A DNA stretch of 64,000 nucleotides, from positions 40,100 through 104,099 of IMG/VR virus record IMGVR_UViG_3300035212_002004. The stretch is one strand, 5' to 3'. Positions 53,794 to 63,747 of the stretch are shown here, piece after piece. The notes beneath the pieces are model-generated. The model saw only the letters and a program-made list of their open reading frames with translations, made no database searches and was not told the origin of the DNA. Made by a program: the position numbers and the translations under genes. How positions within the stretch are numbered: position 1 is the stretch's first letter; the number at the start of each line of letters is the position of its first letter. The stretch is from a virus (taxonomy: Duplodnaviria > Heunggongvirae > Uroviricota > Caudoviricetes).

Positions 53794-54480
53794 TTAGTCT
53801 CTAAAATCTTGGTATATCTTTAGTATAGGTGTTACAATCTCATGTCTATGATTTTGTAATAAAGCTACTATTCTAAATCCCTTTACATGTTCTTCAACTC
53901 TTGTTAGAAAAGAAAAACCAGTATCTTTTTTTATTTTTAAATCAATTTGAGCTAAATCTCCACATATTACCATTTTAGAGTTTTTACCTAATCTTCCGAT
54001 TACAGTTTCCATCTGATCATGTGTGACATTTTGTGCTTCATCTACAATGACAAATGAGTTTAAAAAAGTTCTACCTCTCATAAATGCAAATGGTACAATT
54101 TCAATATTTCCATTCTCCAATTCCTTATCCACTTTATCTTTGCTATATAAAGCGTATAAATTATGATAAATCGGGGCTAACCACGGATCCATCTTTTCTT
54201 TTAGGTCGCCGGGTAAAAAACCAATGTCTTCTTTGGCTACCGTTGGTCTTGTAATAATAATCTTTTCTATTTCTTTATTAAATAGTAAATCTAAGGCTGC
54301 TTGTACTGCTACAAGTGTTTTCCCACTTCCTGCCATTCCTTTTAAAACGGTTACAGGATTCTCTAAAATAATTGCTTTTGCTTGTTTTTGCTCTTCATTA
54401 AGAACTAAGTTAAACTTGATAGGTTGTTTTGGTTTTCTCTTTTGAGTAAAAACCTCATCTGTGTGGTGGTTTGAAGCCAT
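53794..54480 (-). CDS. phoH: PhoH-like ATPase
   Basis: GMAGSGKT, GFLPGDL.EK, RGRTF, IVDEAQN, GDLAQID motifs. Confidence 0.95.
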   Translation of the reverse strand: MASNHHTDEVFTQKRKPKQPIKFNLVLNEEQKQAKAIILENPVTVLKGMAGSGKTLVAVQAALDLLFNKEIEKIIITRPTVAKEDIGFLPGDLKEKMDPWLAPIYHNLYALYSKDKVDKELENGNIEIVPFAFMRGRTFLNSFVIVDEAQNVTHDQMETVIGRLGKNSKMVICGDLAQIDLKIKKDTGFSFLTRVEEHVKGFRIVALLQNHRHEIVTPILKIYQDFRD

Positions 54481-54540
54481 ATTAATAACGTTTAGTTTTC
54501 GATAAATATGATAGATTAATATTAATATAAAAAAAAATGC

Positions 54541-55089
54541 CTAGCTTTCGCTAGGCACTTTATTGGATTTTTTTCGGTTTTCGGGAATAGTGAGGGGTTG
54601 AGTGTTGGAGAAGTGGAAGGCTTTATTGGCTTCTTCTGGTATACTTAAGTTAAAAGATGAAATTGGCATTATGTGATCAATTTCCCAATATGTTCCATAA
54701 TTATCCCAATTCATTTCAGGTTTAAATTGAGCTGATATATGATCGTTATATTCTTGTAATGTACATCCGATATATTTAATTACTCGTTGAGTTTTATTTT
54801 TAATGTGATAACGAAGTAAAGTTTGAATGTTATCTCTTAAACGATAATTAAGGTTTTTAGCTCTGTGTTTCTTCATAGCTAATCTCATACCAACTTTGAT
54901 TTTTTCTTTATTGTTAGCTCGGTATGAAGTATGGATTTCTTTTACTAATTCTTTATTATTAATATAATATTCTTTTTTTTCAGTCTTACAACATATATTA
55001 CAATATCTATTTAAACTATCAGGGGTATCTTTACGTTTATAGAATTCGGTTTTAGGTTTAATTTCCTTACATTTTTTACATTCTTTCAT
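54541..55089 (-). CDS. HNH-type putative homing endonuclease between major capsid gene and phoH
   Basis: CKKC..C zinc ribbon; YIGCT..HI...MNWDNYG.YWEIDHIMP...NTQPL...N..KSNK. Confidence 0.85.
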   Translation of the reverse strand: MKECKKCKEIKPKTEFYKRKDTPDSLNRYCNICCKTEKKEYYINNKELVKEIHTSYRANNKEKIKVGMRLAMKKHRAKNLNYRLRDNIQTLLRYHIKNKTQRVIKYIGCTLQEYNDHISAQFKPEMNWDNYGTYWEIDHIMPISSFNLSIPEEANKAFHFSNTQPLTIPENRKKSNKVPSES

Positions 55090-55154
55090 GACTTGCGATT
55101 TGATATAAATATATGAAAAGTCCAGAGATTAACGGAGGTTTATGAACAAAACAT

Positions 55155-55181
55155 AAAAAAATGCCTAGCTTTCGCTAGACA
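55155..55181 (-). terminator. Major capsid gene terminator, duplicated at 54531-54557
   Basis: TG(T/C)CTAGC-GAAA-GCTAGGCA-T7+ on the minus strand in both copies. Confidence 0.8.
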
Positions 55182-55208
55182 TCTTTTAAAAATATTCTAA
55201 GATATTGA

Positions 55209-56858
55209 CTAAACTACGTTCAAGTCAGCAACTAATACTTTTCCGTAAAATTCCGGACGTACCATTTTCTTAGCGTAACGAGTCATAATACCTTTTCTTG
55301 GAGTGAAAGTATTTGGATCGTAAACTAATGGAGTCATGATTAATGGAACGTATGGAGCATAAACTGCACCTGATTCAAGGAATTGGTTACCTCTGAAACC
55401 CATCAAGATAGTGTTCTCTGTCATATATGGATTTTTGTAAACTTTATATCTAGAGTTTAATTGACCAATTTTCTGAACACCAAATGCGTAAGTCATTTTA
55501 GCTGAATCACCATCTGTATCAGCAGCAAATCCAGGAATAGATTCCAAGATAGTAGCTACAGCTGGAGAGATAACAATGAAGTTAGCACCACCTCTTAAAG
55601 TTCTTTGGTGGATGATGTTAGAGATTTTTTGCAATTTAATTCCAAGAGTTTGGAACCAAGACATTTGAGTGTAATATACACCAGCGGTGTTAGAAGAAAC
55701 AACGTTGTTTGTAATAGAGTTACCTACTTTAGCAGACCATACTTCAACTTGGTTAGTTGGAACATTTTGGATCAACATATCTAAGATTTCAAGATCAATC
55801 TCTAATGAGATATATTCTGATAAAATAGAAGTTAATTCAGCTTCAGCGTCAAGTGAATGGAATGCATTAAGATCTTGAGAAAATTCTGGAGTCCATTGTG
55901 CTTTCAATTTTCTTGTTTTAGCAACAATAGCTTCTGATCTCATTTGAACATTAATTTCTGGGATAGAAATTGCAGTTTGAGATTGTGCGTTAGGGAAACC
56001 TGCTCCTGAAGCATCTTCAAAATCACCTCTTGAATTATCTTTAGGTCCTTTACTGTAAAAAGTAATGAATGTACTGTTAGATGCTCCAATAGTAGCAGCA
56101 GATGCAGTAAAGAAGAAATCAACATTTGTTCCATTTACTTTTGTAAATGCTGGTAATAAGTTAGCAGCAGTATAAGAAGATCCTGAAGTAGGTACAAATG
56201 ATCTAATAGCATTAACATCAAACCCAGGAAGAGCAGAAGATGTTATAGATACTCTAATAATTTGAGACGCTGCCATAGAAGCTGACAATTCTGCTGTATA
56301 GTTAATATCAGAAAAAGTAGTTGTTGGACCAAAATCATTAGCTGAACCTGAAAGTACAGTAGCATCTGAACCAGTGAACTCATTGATTGAGTAACCGAAT
56401 CTACCTGCACCATATAAACCATCTTTAGCTTCGTTACCAAAGTTAGCAGATTGAGAACCATAAAGGGATGTACCAGAATTAAATGGTTGTTGATTTGTTC
56501 CATATTGGAAATCTAAGAAGAATACTAAACCAGCTGGTAAGCTCATTGGTTGTACACTTACAAATTCTTTAGCAGCGATTTGACCAAATACTTTACGTAC
56601 TAATGGTAATGCTACAGCAGCATACTGCTCACCTGTACCTGCAGTAAAAGTACCACCAGTTCCAGTTTGAGAAGATTCTACTACTAATTGTTTTGCTTGG
56701 TTTTCTAAGATAATAGCCATGTTAGACTTATCTGTTTCATTAGAAATACCTTCTAATAGACCTGACTTACCCCATTTAGATGCTAATCTGTTAGCGTCTT
56801 TTTGTACCGATTGGTAAGGGTTAGCTGTCTCTAATAATGAATTAATCATGTTTGACAT
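55209..56858 (-). CDS. Major capsid protein (T4 gp23-like)
   Basis: VSVQPM..PAGLVFFLDF, TRKLKA.WTPE..QDL.A.H..DAE.EL..ILS..I..EID, FTPRKGIMTRY. Confidence 0.96.
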   Translation of the reverse strand: MSNMINSLLETANPYQSVQKDANRLASKWGKSGLLEGISNETDKSNMAIILENQAKQLVVESSQTGTGGTFTAGTGEQYAAVALPLVRKVFGQIAAKEFVSVQPMSLPAGLVFFLDFQYGTNQQPFNSGTSLYGSQSANFGNEAKDGLYGAGRFGYSINEFTGSDATVLSGSANDFGPTTTFSDINYTAELSASMAASQIIRVSITSSALPGFDVNAIRSFVPTSGSSYTAANLLPAFTKVNGTNVDFFFTASAATIGASNSTFITFYSKGPKDNSRGDFEDASGAGFPNAQSQTAISIPEINVQMRSEAIVAKTRKLKAQWTPEFSQDLNAFHSLDAEAELTSILSEYISLEIDLEILDMLIQNVPTNQVEVWSAKVGNSITNNVVSSNTAGVYYTQMSWFQTLGIKLQKISNIIHQRTLRGGANFIVISPAVATILESIPGFAADTDGDSAKMTYAFGVQKIGQLNSRYKVYKNPYMTENTILMGFRGNQFLESGAVYAPYVPLIMTPLVYDPNTFTPRKGIMTRYAKKMVRPEFYGKVLVADLNVV

Positions 56859-56887
56859 AATAATGTGTTTTTTTTGTTTTTAATTTT

Positions 56888-57988
56888 TTAAATAATTCCT
56901 GCAAGTTTTTGCATTCTTGCTACAAAATCGTTATTTTCAACGATTGGTTGTCTGTTTGGAGCAACACCAGCTGCTTTAGAAGCGTATGAAAGAGATTCTT
57001 TTATAGAGTTCTTAGCTGGGGTTACATTTAGAGATTCTTGTAATGTTTCAAAAATGTTCTTAGTTTCTTTAACTGTTTCAGCTCTATCGAAAGCGTTGAT
57101 AACTTTTACTTTTTGAGCTTCTGTTAAATTTTTAGATTTAAATAACTTGTTAACGTAAAGTAATTTAGCGTTTAGAAGATTAACTTCGTTTAATTCAGAA
57201 CGTAAAGTAGAAATAGTAGACATTGCTTCTTCTAATTCTTCATTTTCTTGAGCGACTTCACGAACTCCTAAACTTTTTCCTCCATGAATGATGTTTCCGA
57301 TTTTATCATAAGCAGCATCAAAAGATGTTCCCATTTTAGCAGCTAATGCTTTTATCATTCTTTCTAATTCTGCAGCGCCAGCAGCGGCTGAGTCAGATGG
57401 TTCTTGCATTGCTTCTTCAACTTCTTCATTTTCATTTAATGAATCTAATTCAGCTAAGATTTCTTCAAGGTTAAATTCATCTTCACCTGCTTCTTCTTCA
57501 CCAGTCATTTCTTCTTCTTCACCTGCTTCTTCTTCTTCAGATTCTCCACCCATTAGATCTGCGACTACATCTCTGATGATATCTTTAAGATCATCAACTG
57601 TAATTTCTCCTACTGTGTCATCGTCTTCAGCTTCTTCATTAATAGTTAATTCAGATGCAGGGTTAGGTAATTGATTTTCATCGTCACTACCCATTGTGTA
57701 GTCTACATTGTCGTCTTCTTCAAGAGCTTCAAGTTCAGCTAAAAGTTCTTCTAATGAAATTTCTTCCATTGATTCATCTCCAGGCATTTCACCGTTTGAT
57801 TTCTTAAAAGCTTCTTCTACTTCTTCGTTTTCTTCAGATAATGCTTCTAATCTAGAAGACATCATTTCTTGCATACGAGGAGCGAAAGCTTCTTCAAGTG
57901 CTAGTTTAGCGTTTACCATAGCGGTCTCTCTAATAGACTTAGCCTCAGCGATTGCTTCACTAAAAATTTTAGTGTTTGTGTTTGACAT
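56888..57988 (-). CDS. Prohead scaffold protein (gp22-like)
   Basis: Very acidic; NLLNAKLLY.NKLF motif; between protease and capsid genes. Confidence 0.85.
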   Translation of the reverse strand: MSNTNTKIFSEAIAEAKSIRETAMVNAKLALEEAFAPRMQEMMSSRLEALSEENEEVEEAFKKSNGEMPGDESMEEISLEELLAELEALEEDDNVDYTMGSDDENQLPNPASELTINEEAEDDDTVGEITVDDLKDIIRDVVADLMGGESEEEEAGEEEEMTGEEEAGEDEFNLEEILAELDSLNENEEVEEAMQEPSDSAAAGAAELERMIKALAAKMGTSFDAAYDKIGNIIHGGKSLGVREVAQENEELEEAMSTISTLRSELNEVNLLNAKLLYVNKLFKSKNLTEAQKVKVINAFDRAETVKETKNIFETLQESLNVTPAKNSIKESLSYASKAAGVAPNRQPIVENNDFVARMQKLAGII

Positions 57989-58166
57989 AAAATTGTTTTT
58001 TTGATTGTGATTACTTATTGGGAAGTAATATAGAATTTTTTATTCGAGGGAGATTATATTGGGATAATCTATCTTTAAGATACCCATAAATATATAAAAA
58101 AGGACAAAAAATGCACTCTTCTTAGGGAGTGCATTACTCTACATAAATGTAGAAGGAGGTGGTTAT

Positions 58167-58781
58167 TTATCTTATACAACAGATACCAGCTTGTGAGCAA
58201 ATAATATCTGATATTAGTGTATTTATTTTTGAGTATTTGTTATCGTATTGAGGTTTGTATCCTTCACTTAATCCTGTTGGTGTCATAAAAGCACCTTGAG
58301 TTGATGGAGTTGAAACAAAATCCCAACAAAGTAATTCAAAATCGTCTTGTACTTCTACTGTACCTTCTCCTAATGATTGAACAGAGCCCATACCACGAGA
58401 TGAAATACCTACAGTAATTTTATTTATAAATAATTCTTTTAATATGTTACCACTTGGAGTAGGTAATACTTCTATTTTACCCATTAAATCATCTCCATTC
58501 CACCATAATTTTTTGATATTATGAGATACATTTTTTAGGTTAATTACCATTGATTCAGGGTGATCTAATTCACCTAATGCTCTATTTTCAGAAATAGGCC
58601 CTTGAACATATTTTTCAACTTCTCTTTCAAGAATATCTTTGGGGTAAACTCTACCATTTTGGTTTTTAGAGTCAGCTCTTTGAATAACACCTTCAACCAT
58701 TAAGTTTCTATCACCTCTTCCTTCAGATAATACTGATTTAGGAGTGAATAAAGCATATTCTATTAGTAGTGACTTACTCAT
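58167..58781 (-). CDS. Prohead protease (T4 gp21-like)
   Basis: N.NGRVYP, ALGELDHP, VSH, GISSRG.GS, DFV..PST motifs. Confidence 0.95.
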   Translation of the reverse strand: MSKSLLIEYALFTPKSVLSEGRGDRNLMVEGVIQRADSKNQNGRVYPKDILEREVEKYVQGPISENRALGELDHPESMVINLKNVSHNIKKLWWNGDDLMGKIEVLPTPSGNILKELFINKITVGISSRGMGSVQSLGEGTVEVQDDFELLCWDFVSTPSTQGAFMTPTGLSEGYKPQYDNKYSKINTLISDIICSQAGICCIR

Positions 58782-60034
58782 TATAGGTCTACAGTTTTAC
58801 CAGCATTAAAAGCTTTAGTTAATTCAGCTTTAGCAGTAGGATTAGGTATTTTATTTATTTGTTTAAGAGCATCAGCATTATGAATTGGATCTGTAGTTTT
58901 AGCAGTTATAGCTTCTTCCATTTCTCCTTCTTCATTACCTACTGCTAAAGCACTATCTAAGTAATCTTTAGCTCCAGTTAAATAATTTTTGGCTAGAACA
59001 ATTTTTGCTTGCCACCAGTGTGGAAAATCAATTTCTCCCATATTATCTACAGAATCCATTATTTTATATAATTCAGTGGCTTGTTTAGCTATTTGATATA
59101 ATTCACCTTTAATCATACGAGGTTCATTATCTTGATGACCTAAATCTATATCTTCACTTATAGGAGTAGAATCAGCATTAACATCAGCTACTCTATCAGC
59201 ATATTGCCCATGCTCTTCTATTTGTTTTTCCTTAGCATCTCTAACCATTGATTTTAAATTCTCAATTGGGATACCTGTAGCTTGGGCATATTTTTCAAAG
59301 ATAGCGTTTTGTTGATCTTCTTTCACTAGACCATCATTTTCATATCCTTCTTTTTGTAATCCACCTTGTGATTTAATATGATTTATCATATCAGTAACAC
59401 CTCCTATTTTAGATAATTGTGTTGAATCGTGAGATCCTAGTGTTTGTAGTGCACTTCCTACTCTATAATCTCTACCATTAGGTAAAAATTTAACATTTCT
59501 AGCAATAATTTTTCCTCCTCTTAACACATCAAATTCACTTTCAGTATCTACTCCTTCTCTCATTAAACCTTTAGCATCTTTTCCTTTACCAATAGCATCG
59601 ATATTTTTCTTAGTAGTTTCAATCCATTTATCACTTACTTCACCTTTACCATTAAGTTTTTCAAAGTAATATTGAGGATTTTTAGTTAAGTTAGTTAATA
59701 CTTTTTTCTGCGCTTTAAGTACTTCATCTTCAGTTAAATCAGTTTTAGCAGGAATGTCTATCATTTCCAGTTCATATTTCATACCTCTAGAATATTCATA
59801 TGGGTTAACCATATCAATAGTTTTAGCTATAATTTCTATATCTTGTTTTCCAGTTGATTCTTTTGAAGCTTTTTCTGAAATTATGTTCTTATTTTTAAGG
59901 ATTTTGATTGTATCGTCAAAATTGTTATGATGTGAAATCATATCAAGGTTTTGATCTCTACGTACCTCGTAAAGAAATTTAGCTTTGGTAACTTTACCAT
60001 CTAAATATTGAGTATATAAGTTTTGAACTGTCAT
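58781..60034 (-). CDS. Hypothetical head-associated protein
   Basis: 417 aa with multiple (I/L/M)xE sites; between portal and protease. Confidence 0.65.
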   Translation of the reverse strand: MTVQNLYTQYLDGKVTKAKFLYEVRRDQNLDMISHHNNFDDTIKILKNKNIISEKASKESTGKQDIEIIAKTIDMVNPYEYSRGMKYELEMIDIPAKTDLTEDEVLKAQKKVLTNLTKNPQYYFEKLNGKGEVSDKWIETTKKNIDAIGKGKDAKGLMREGVDTESEFDVLRGGKIIARNVKFLPNGRDYRVGSALQTLGSHDSTQLSKIGGVTDMINHIKSQGGLQKEGYENDGLVKEDQQNAIFEKYAQATGIPIENLKSMVRDAKEKQIEEHGQYADRVADVNADSTPISEDIDLGHQDNEPRMIKGELYQIAKQATELYKIMDSVDNMGEIDFPHWWQAKIVLAKNYLTGAKDYLDSALAVGNEEGEMEEAITAKTTDPIHNADALKQINKIPNPTAKAELTKAFNAGKTVDL

Positions 60035-60046
60035 GTGTATAAATAT

Positions 60047-60193
60047 TTATTTACCTTGTCCCCTATTTAATTTTTTATAATTTTTAGAACTTTTTAATTT
60101 TGATGTTTTACATTTAGCATGAACACCTGGTCTAGAAATTTTTGGTTTTTCTACTTTTGTTACTGTAGAATTGGATTTTACTTTTGCTGCCAT
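60047..60193 (-). CDS. Small Lys-rich protein (48 aa) ending RGQGK, missed by the ORF track
   Basis: MAAKVKSNSTVTKVEKPKISRPGVHAKCKTSKLKSSKNYKKLNRGQGK; ATG overlaps the upstream stop. Confidence 0.7.
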   Translation of the reverse strand: MAAKVKSNSTVTKVEKPKISRPGVHAKCKTSKLKSSKNYKKLNRGQGK

Positions 60194-60897
60194 TACTCAG
60201 TTAAACTTTTTATTTTTTCGTTAATTGACTGTATTTTTTCGTTTATTTTAAATAGTGAATTATGAGTACGTTTTAAAAAATTCATTTCTTCAGCATCACC
60301 TTTTAATTCAGTTTTCATACGGGATGTAAATTCAACTAATTTATTAATTTCGTCTAATTTACGGTATATTTCTTTAACTCCCATATGTAATTGTTCTTGA
60401 GGAGCACGAGTTTTAGATTGTGTTTTAAATTGTGAATAACGAACTTCATTAAGTGGTTCTTCTTTAGGTTCTATTATTTTAAATTTCACTAGTTCAAAGT
60501 GTTTATCGGGGTTAGGTAAATCTTCATGTCCTGATTTAGAGACTTCATGTTGTTTTTTAGTTTTTCTAAAAGCTTTAGGAATAACTACAGCCATAGTTTC
60601 TTCAAGATGACTTCCTTTCCATAAATCTTTAGAATTAATTCTTTCTTCAGGCTTAATAACTTTAAATCCTCCTTTAATATAAACTTTAGCAGAATCCGGC
60701 ATAGATTCAAATCCAGAAGGTGAATTAGTATCTTGTACAGTTTTAGTGCGAGCAGGATTACAATTAAAGACTTTAGTAGTATTTTCTTTTTGAGATTTTT
60801 TAACCATCATTCGGCCTAAAAATCCTCCAGCACCCGCTGTAGCAGACATCTCATCAATACAATTTTTTACTAATTCTCTTAATTTATTTTTTTCCAT
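60193..60897 (-). CDS. Hypothetical head-associated protein
   Basis: 234 aa ORF in the head operon. Confidence 0.7.
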   Translation of the reverse strand: MEKNKLRELVKNCIDEMSATAGAGGFLGRMMVKKSQKENTTKVFNCNPARTKTVQDTNSPSGFESMPDSAKVYIKGGFKVIKPEERINSKDLWKGSHLEETMAVVIPKAFRKTKKQHEVSKSGHEDLPNPDKHFELVKFKIIEPKEEPLNEVRYSQFKTQSKTRAPQEQLHMGVKEIYRKLDEINKLVEFTSRMKTELKGDAEEMNFLKRTHNSLFKINEKIQSINEKIKSLTE

Positions 60898-61744
60898 TAT
60901 GAATCTTTTTTAATTCATTATGCAATTCTTGATACTGTAATAAGGCAATAATATTATCATCTTTTACAGTTTTAGATTCTAAAATAGGATTAATAAGATT
61001 TATGGTCTCATTTACTTTAATTTTAATTGTAGTATCTTCTATTTTAGGTAATAATTTTAAAAGAGATTCTTTTAAATATGTAAATTTAGTATCCACATAT
61101 TTTTTAAGATTTGTAGTGTTGGTAATATTATTAATATATTCTTTTAATACATCTTTTTGTTCATTAGATAAAGTTTCAAATCTAGTATTAAATTTTTCTA
61201 ACATTATTTTATAAACTAAAGCACGAGTACCTTTATCTAAAGTTTCAAATTCACTAACAGTAGGTTGTATTTCTTTTATAAGTTGAGATTGAGCTATATG
61301 CTCTAAAATATTCATTTTAGAGGTAATAATAGTATCAATATGATGTGAAGGGAATAAATTAGCTTCTAATAAAGTATATGTTGAAGATAATAATTTATAA
61401 TTATTAATTTTAGCTTTAAAAAAATCATCAATATCAAAATTAGATTTAATTTCTTTAATTAAATTATATTTCTCTTTTGATAATTTAACTTGATTTAAAG
61501 ATTTATTTATCTCTAATATAGTAGAAACAATAGATTCAGCTTTAGCCTCACTAATATTTTGAACTCTTGATATAGACTGATATAATTTATTTTCTTTTGA
61601 TAATTCAGTGTTAACAAAATATTTTTTAATTAAAGATATAGCTTTAGAGTCTTGGTTAGACATTGTATCAGCTGTAATTTTTCTTACAAGAAGTTCAAAT
61701 AATATCCCAGTATTACGATATTTGTTATGCTTAATATTAGCCAT
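60884..61744 (-). CDS. Conserved hypothetical protein following the portal
   Basis: IKHNKYRNTGILFELLVR motif, 286 aa. Confidence 0.8.
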   Translation of the reverse strand: MANIKHNKYRNTGILFELLVRKITADTMSNQDSKAISLIKKYFVNTELSKENKLYQSISRVQNISEAKAESIVSTILEINKSLNQVKLSKEKYNLIKEIKSNFDIDDFFKAKINNYKLLSSTYTLLEANLFPSHHIDTIITSKMNILEHIAQSQLIKEIQPTVSEFETLDKGTRALVYKIMLEKFNTRFETLSNEQKDVLKEYINNITNTTNLKKYVDTKFTYLKESLLKLLPKIEDTTIKIKVNETINLINPILESKTVKDDNIIALLQYQELHNELKKIHNGKK

Positions 61745-61785
61745 TTATGTTTTATATAGTTAACTACTAATTATAAATATTACCT

Positions 61786-63714
61786 TTATTTATCTTCCTT
61801 TAAAAGGTTATCTTCGTTTAATAAATTACTTTCTTCAAATAATTTAACTTTTTGTTGAGGAAACATATTTTTTAAAGAATTTGACATTTGATGGTAAACA
61901 ACTTGAGTGTTAAGATTTTCAAGTGTTAAAGGAGATCCACCTTTATAAGCGGTTCTGAATCCTTTAGATTCAGAATCATCTTTTTTCATTCCATCTCTAC
62001 CTAATCTATCTTTACCTAACGCACTATCTTGAGTATTATAACTAGATGCTTTTTCTTTAGGTCTACCCAACACTTGATCAGGATAGGTATCACTTTTCTC
62101 ATTATATCCTTTAGGAGTACCTTCAGTACCTGGGTATCGACTTGAACCATAAAGTGATGCTAGTGAATGTGGGGTACCATATGCTTCTCCTGTTTTATAT
62201 GGATCATTACCTTCAGTTTCTATTTGATCAATTCTGAATTTACGTTTAGCGTCTTCAATTATTAAATCTCTATATTCATCATATTGGTCCTCACTAAAAT
62301 GGAAAATATTATCATAAACCCAATCAGTTGGGACAATTTTATTTGTAATCAATTCCATAGCTAATGCTGATTTTTCTTTCAATAATGCTACTTTTTCTTG
62401 TTCATATATAATTGAAGGAACAGTTAATGATAAATCAAAATTAGTTAATGATTCTCCATCATATCCTTGTGCATATAAGTGTACTAAAGCAATTTTTGTT
62501 AATTCTGATATTATAATACGTTGAAGTCTTTCTACAGTACGAGCAAATCTAATATCTTCTGCTGCTAATGTAGCCTTACCTGTTAAATCTTTTTCATATC
62601 CAAAATAAGCTTTAGGTACTTTAAGTGCTGCGAATAATTTATCTTTTAGGTAATTAACATCTTCAATAGCAGTATAATCTAACCCCTTTGTAGTTTCAAT
62701 TCTAGTTGTTGCATCACCACCTCTTACCGGAATATAAAAATCCTCAAGAATATTTTGCATGTTATATTTTAAGTTGTACTCACCAGTATTTGGATCAACA
62801 TAAGGTGTTTTTTTCATCTTATTAATAGTACGTTGCATAAAATTTTCTACCTCATTAGGTGGAATATTACCAACATTAATAAAGAATGTACGCTTTTCAG
62901 GTGCTCTAACAATACGATGTATTAACATCGCATCTTCCATTAAAGTTAATTGTTTAAAGATTTTACGAGCAGGTTCAATAAAACTTCTACCATAAGGTAG
63001 ATAATTAAAATCAGATAATAATCTAAAGTGAGCCATTTCAAAATTATCAAATTGAATGTCACTATCATTGTTACGACTATATTGAGAAATATTTTGAGGC
63101 CCCATTGGAGACTGTTGAGATGAGAAAGTAGGATCATATTTGAATTTTACTTCTTGTGGACGTTCTGGATTTCTACCCTCTAATCTAATAATAGAATAAG
63201 ATGAAAATGGTATCACACCATATACTCCAAATTTTTCTGATATTTCTAGTTTAAGATAAAAATCACCATATTTACACATATTACGAGTCCAAGACCAAAG
63301 ATTAAATTCAATATTTAATACATCGTAAAATAAGTTATAAAGTATTTTTTGTATAGTTTCATCAGAAGAACGTATTTGTAATACCTCTCCCATATCATTT
63401 CTTAAACAAGTCTCATCAGCTAAAATATCTAATGTAGAAGCAATAATGGAATCACTATCCATTAACTCATAATCAGTATAAAGTTGGATACGAGTAGTTG
63501 GGTATGAAGTATCATTATTAAAGTTGAAATTTAATCCTCCTGTAGTAGTATATACTTTATTATATCTGTCAAATAAAGAATTTGTTTGGATAGTACCAAG
63601 CTGTTGAATACGATCTGTATCCATTACTTTTAATTGATTACCCCCGACATTTCTTATTATAACATCGGTTGAAAATAATCGTTGTAATCTACCAAAAAAT
63701 GATGTATCTACCAT
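61786..63714 (-). CDS. Portal protein (T4 gp20-like)
   Basis: R..CKYGD, MEDAMLIHRI.RAPEKR.F.I.VGN.P, EDFYIP.RG, IETT.G, L.AALKVP, EDIRF motifs. Confidence 0.96.
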   Translation of the reverse strand: MVDTSFFGRLQRLFSTDVIIRNVGGNQLKVMDTDRIQQLGTIQTNSLFDRYNKVYTTTGGLNFNFNNDTSYPTTRIQLYTDYELMDSDSIIASTLDILADETCLRNDMGEVLQIRSSDETIQKILYNLFYDVLNIEFNLWSWTRNMCKYGDFYLKLEISEKFGVYGVIPFSSYSIIRLEGRNPERPQEVKFKYDPTFSSQQSPMGPQNISQYSRNNDSDIQFDNFEMAHFRLLSDFNYLPYGRSFIEPARKIFKQLTLMEDAMLIHRIVRAPEKRTFFINVGNIPPNEVENFMQRTINKMKKTPYVDPNTGEYNLKYNMQNILEDFYIPVRGGDATTRIETTKGLDYTAIEDVNYLKDKLFAALKVPKAYFGYEKDLTGKATLAAEDIRFARTVERLQRIIISELTKIALVHLYAQGYDGESLTNFDLSLTVPSIIYEQEKVALLKEKSALAMELITNKIVPTDWVYDNIFHFSEDQYDEYRDLIIEDAKRKFRIDQIETEGNDPYKTGEAYGTPHSLASLYGSSRYPGTEGTPKGYNEKSDTYPDQVLGRPKEKASSYNTQDSALGKDRLGRDGMKKDDSESKGFRTAYKGGSPLTLENLNTQVVYHQMSNSLKNMFPQQKVKLFEESNLLNEDNLLKEDK

Positions 63715-63747
63715 AAATCTAATTATATATTAATAAATATTGAAATT

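Noticed and set aside
1418-62000. Plus-strand ORFs in the track (e.g. 1418, 7065, 8756, 9148, 9789, 10494, 10836, 19135, 25413, 35541, 37595, 43542, 43992, 51961, 54224, 57708, 61002)
   Set aside because: All are antisense shadows of well-supported minus-strand genes or RNAs, with no recognisable motifs or promoters.
55940-63137. Out-of-frame minus-strand ORFs at 55940, 56243 and 62946
   Set aside because: Nested in alternative frames of the capsid and portal genes, with no coding features.
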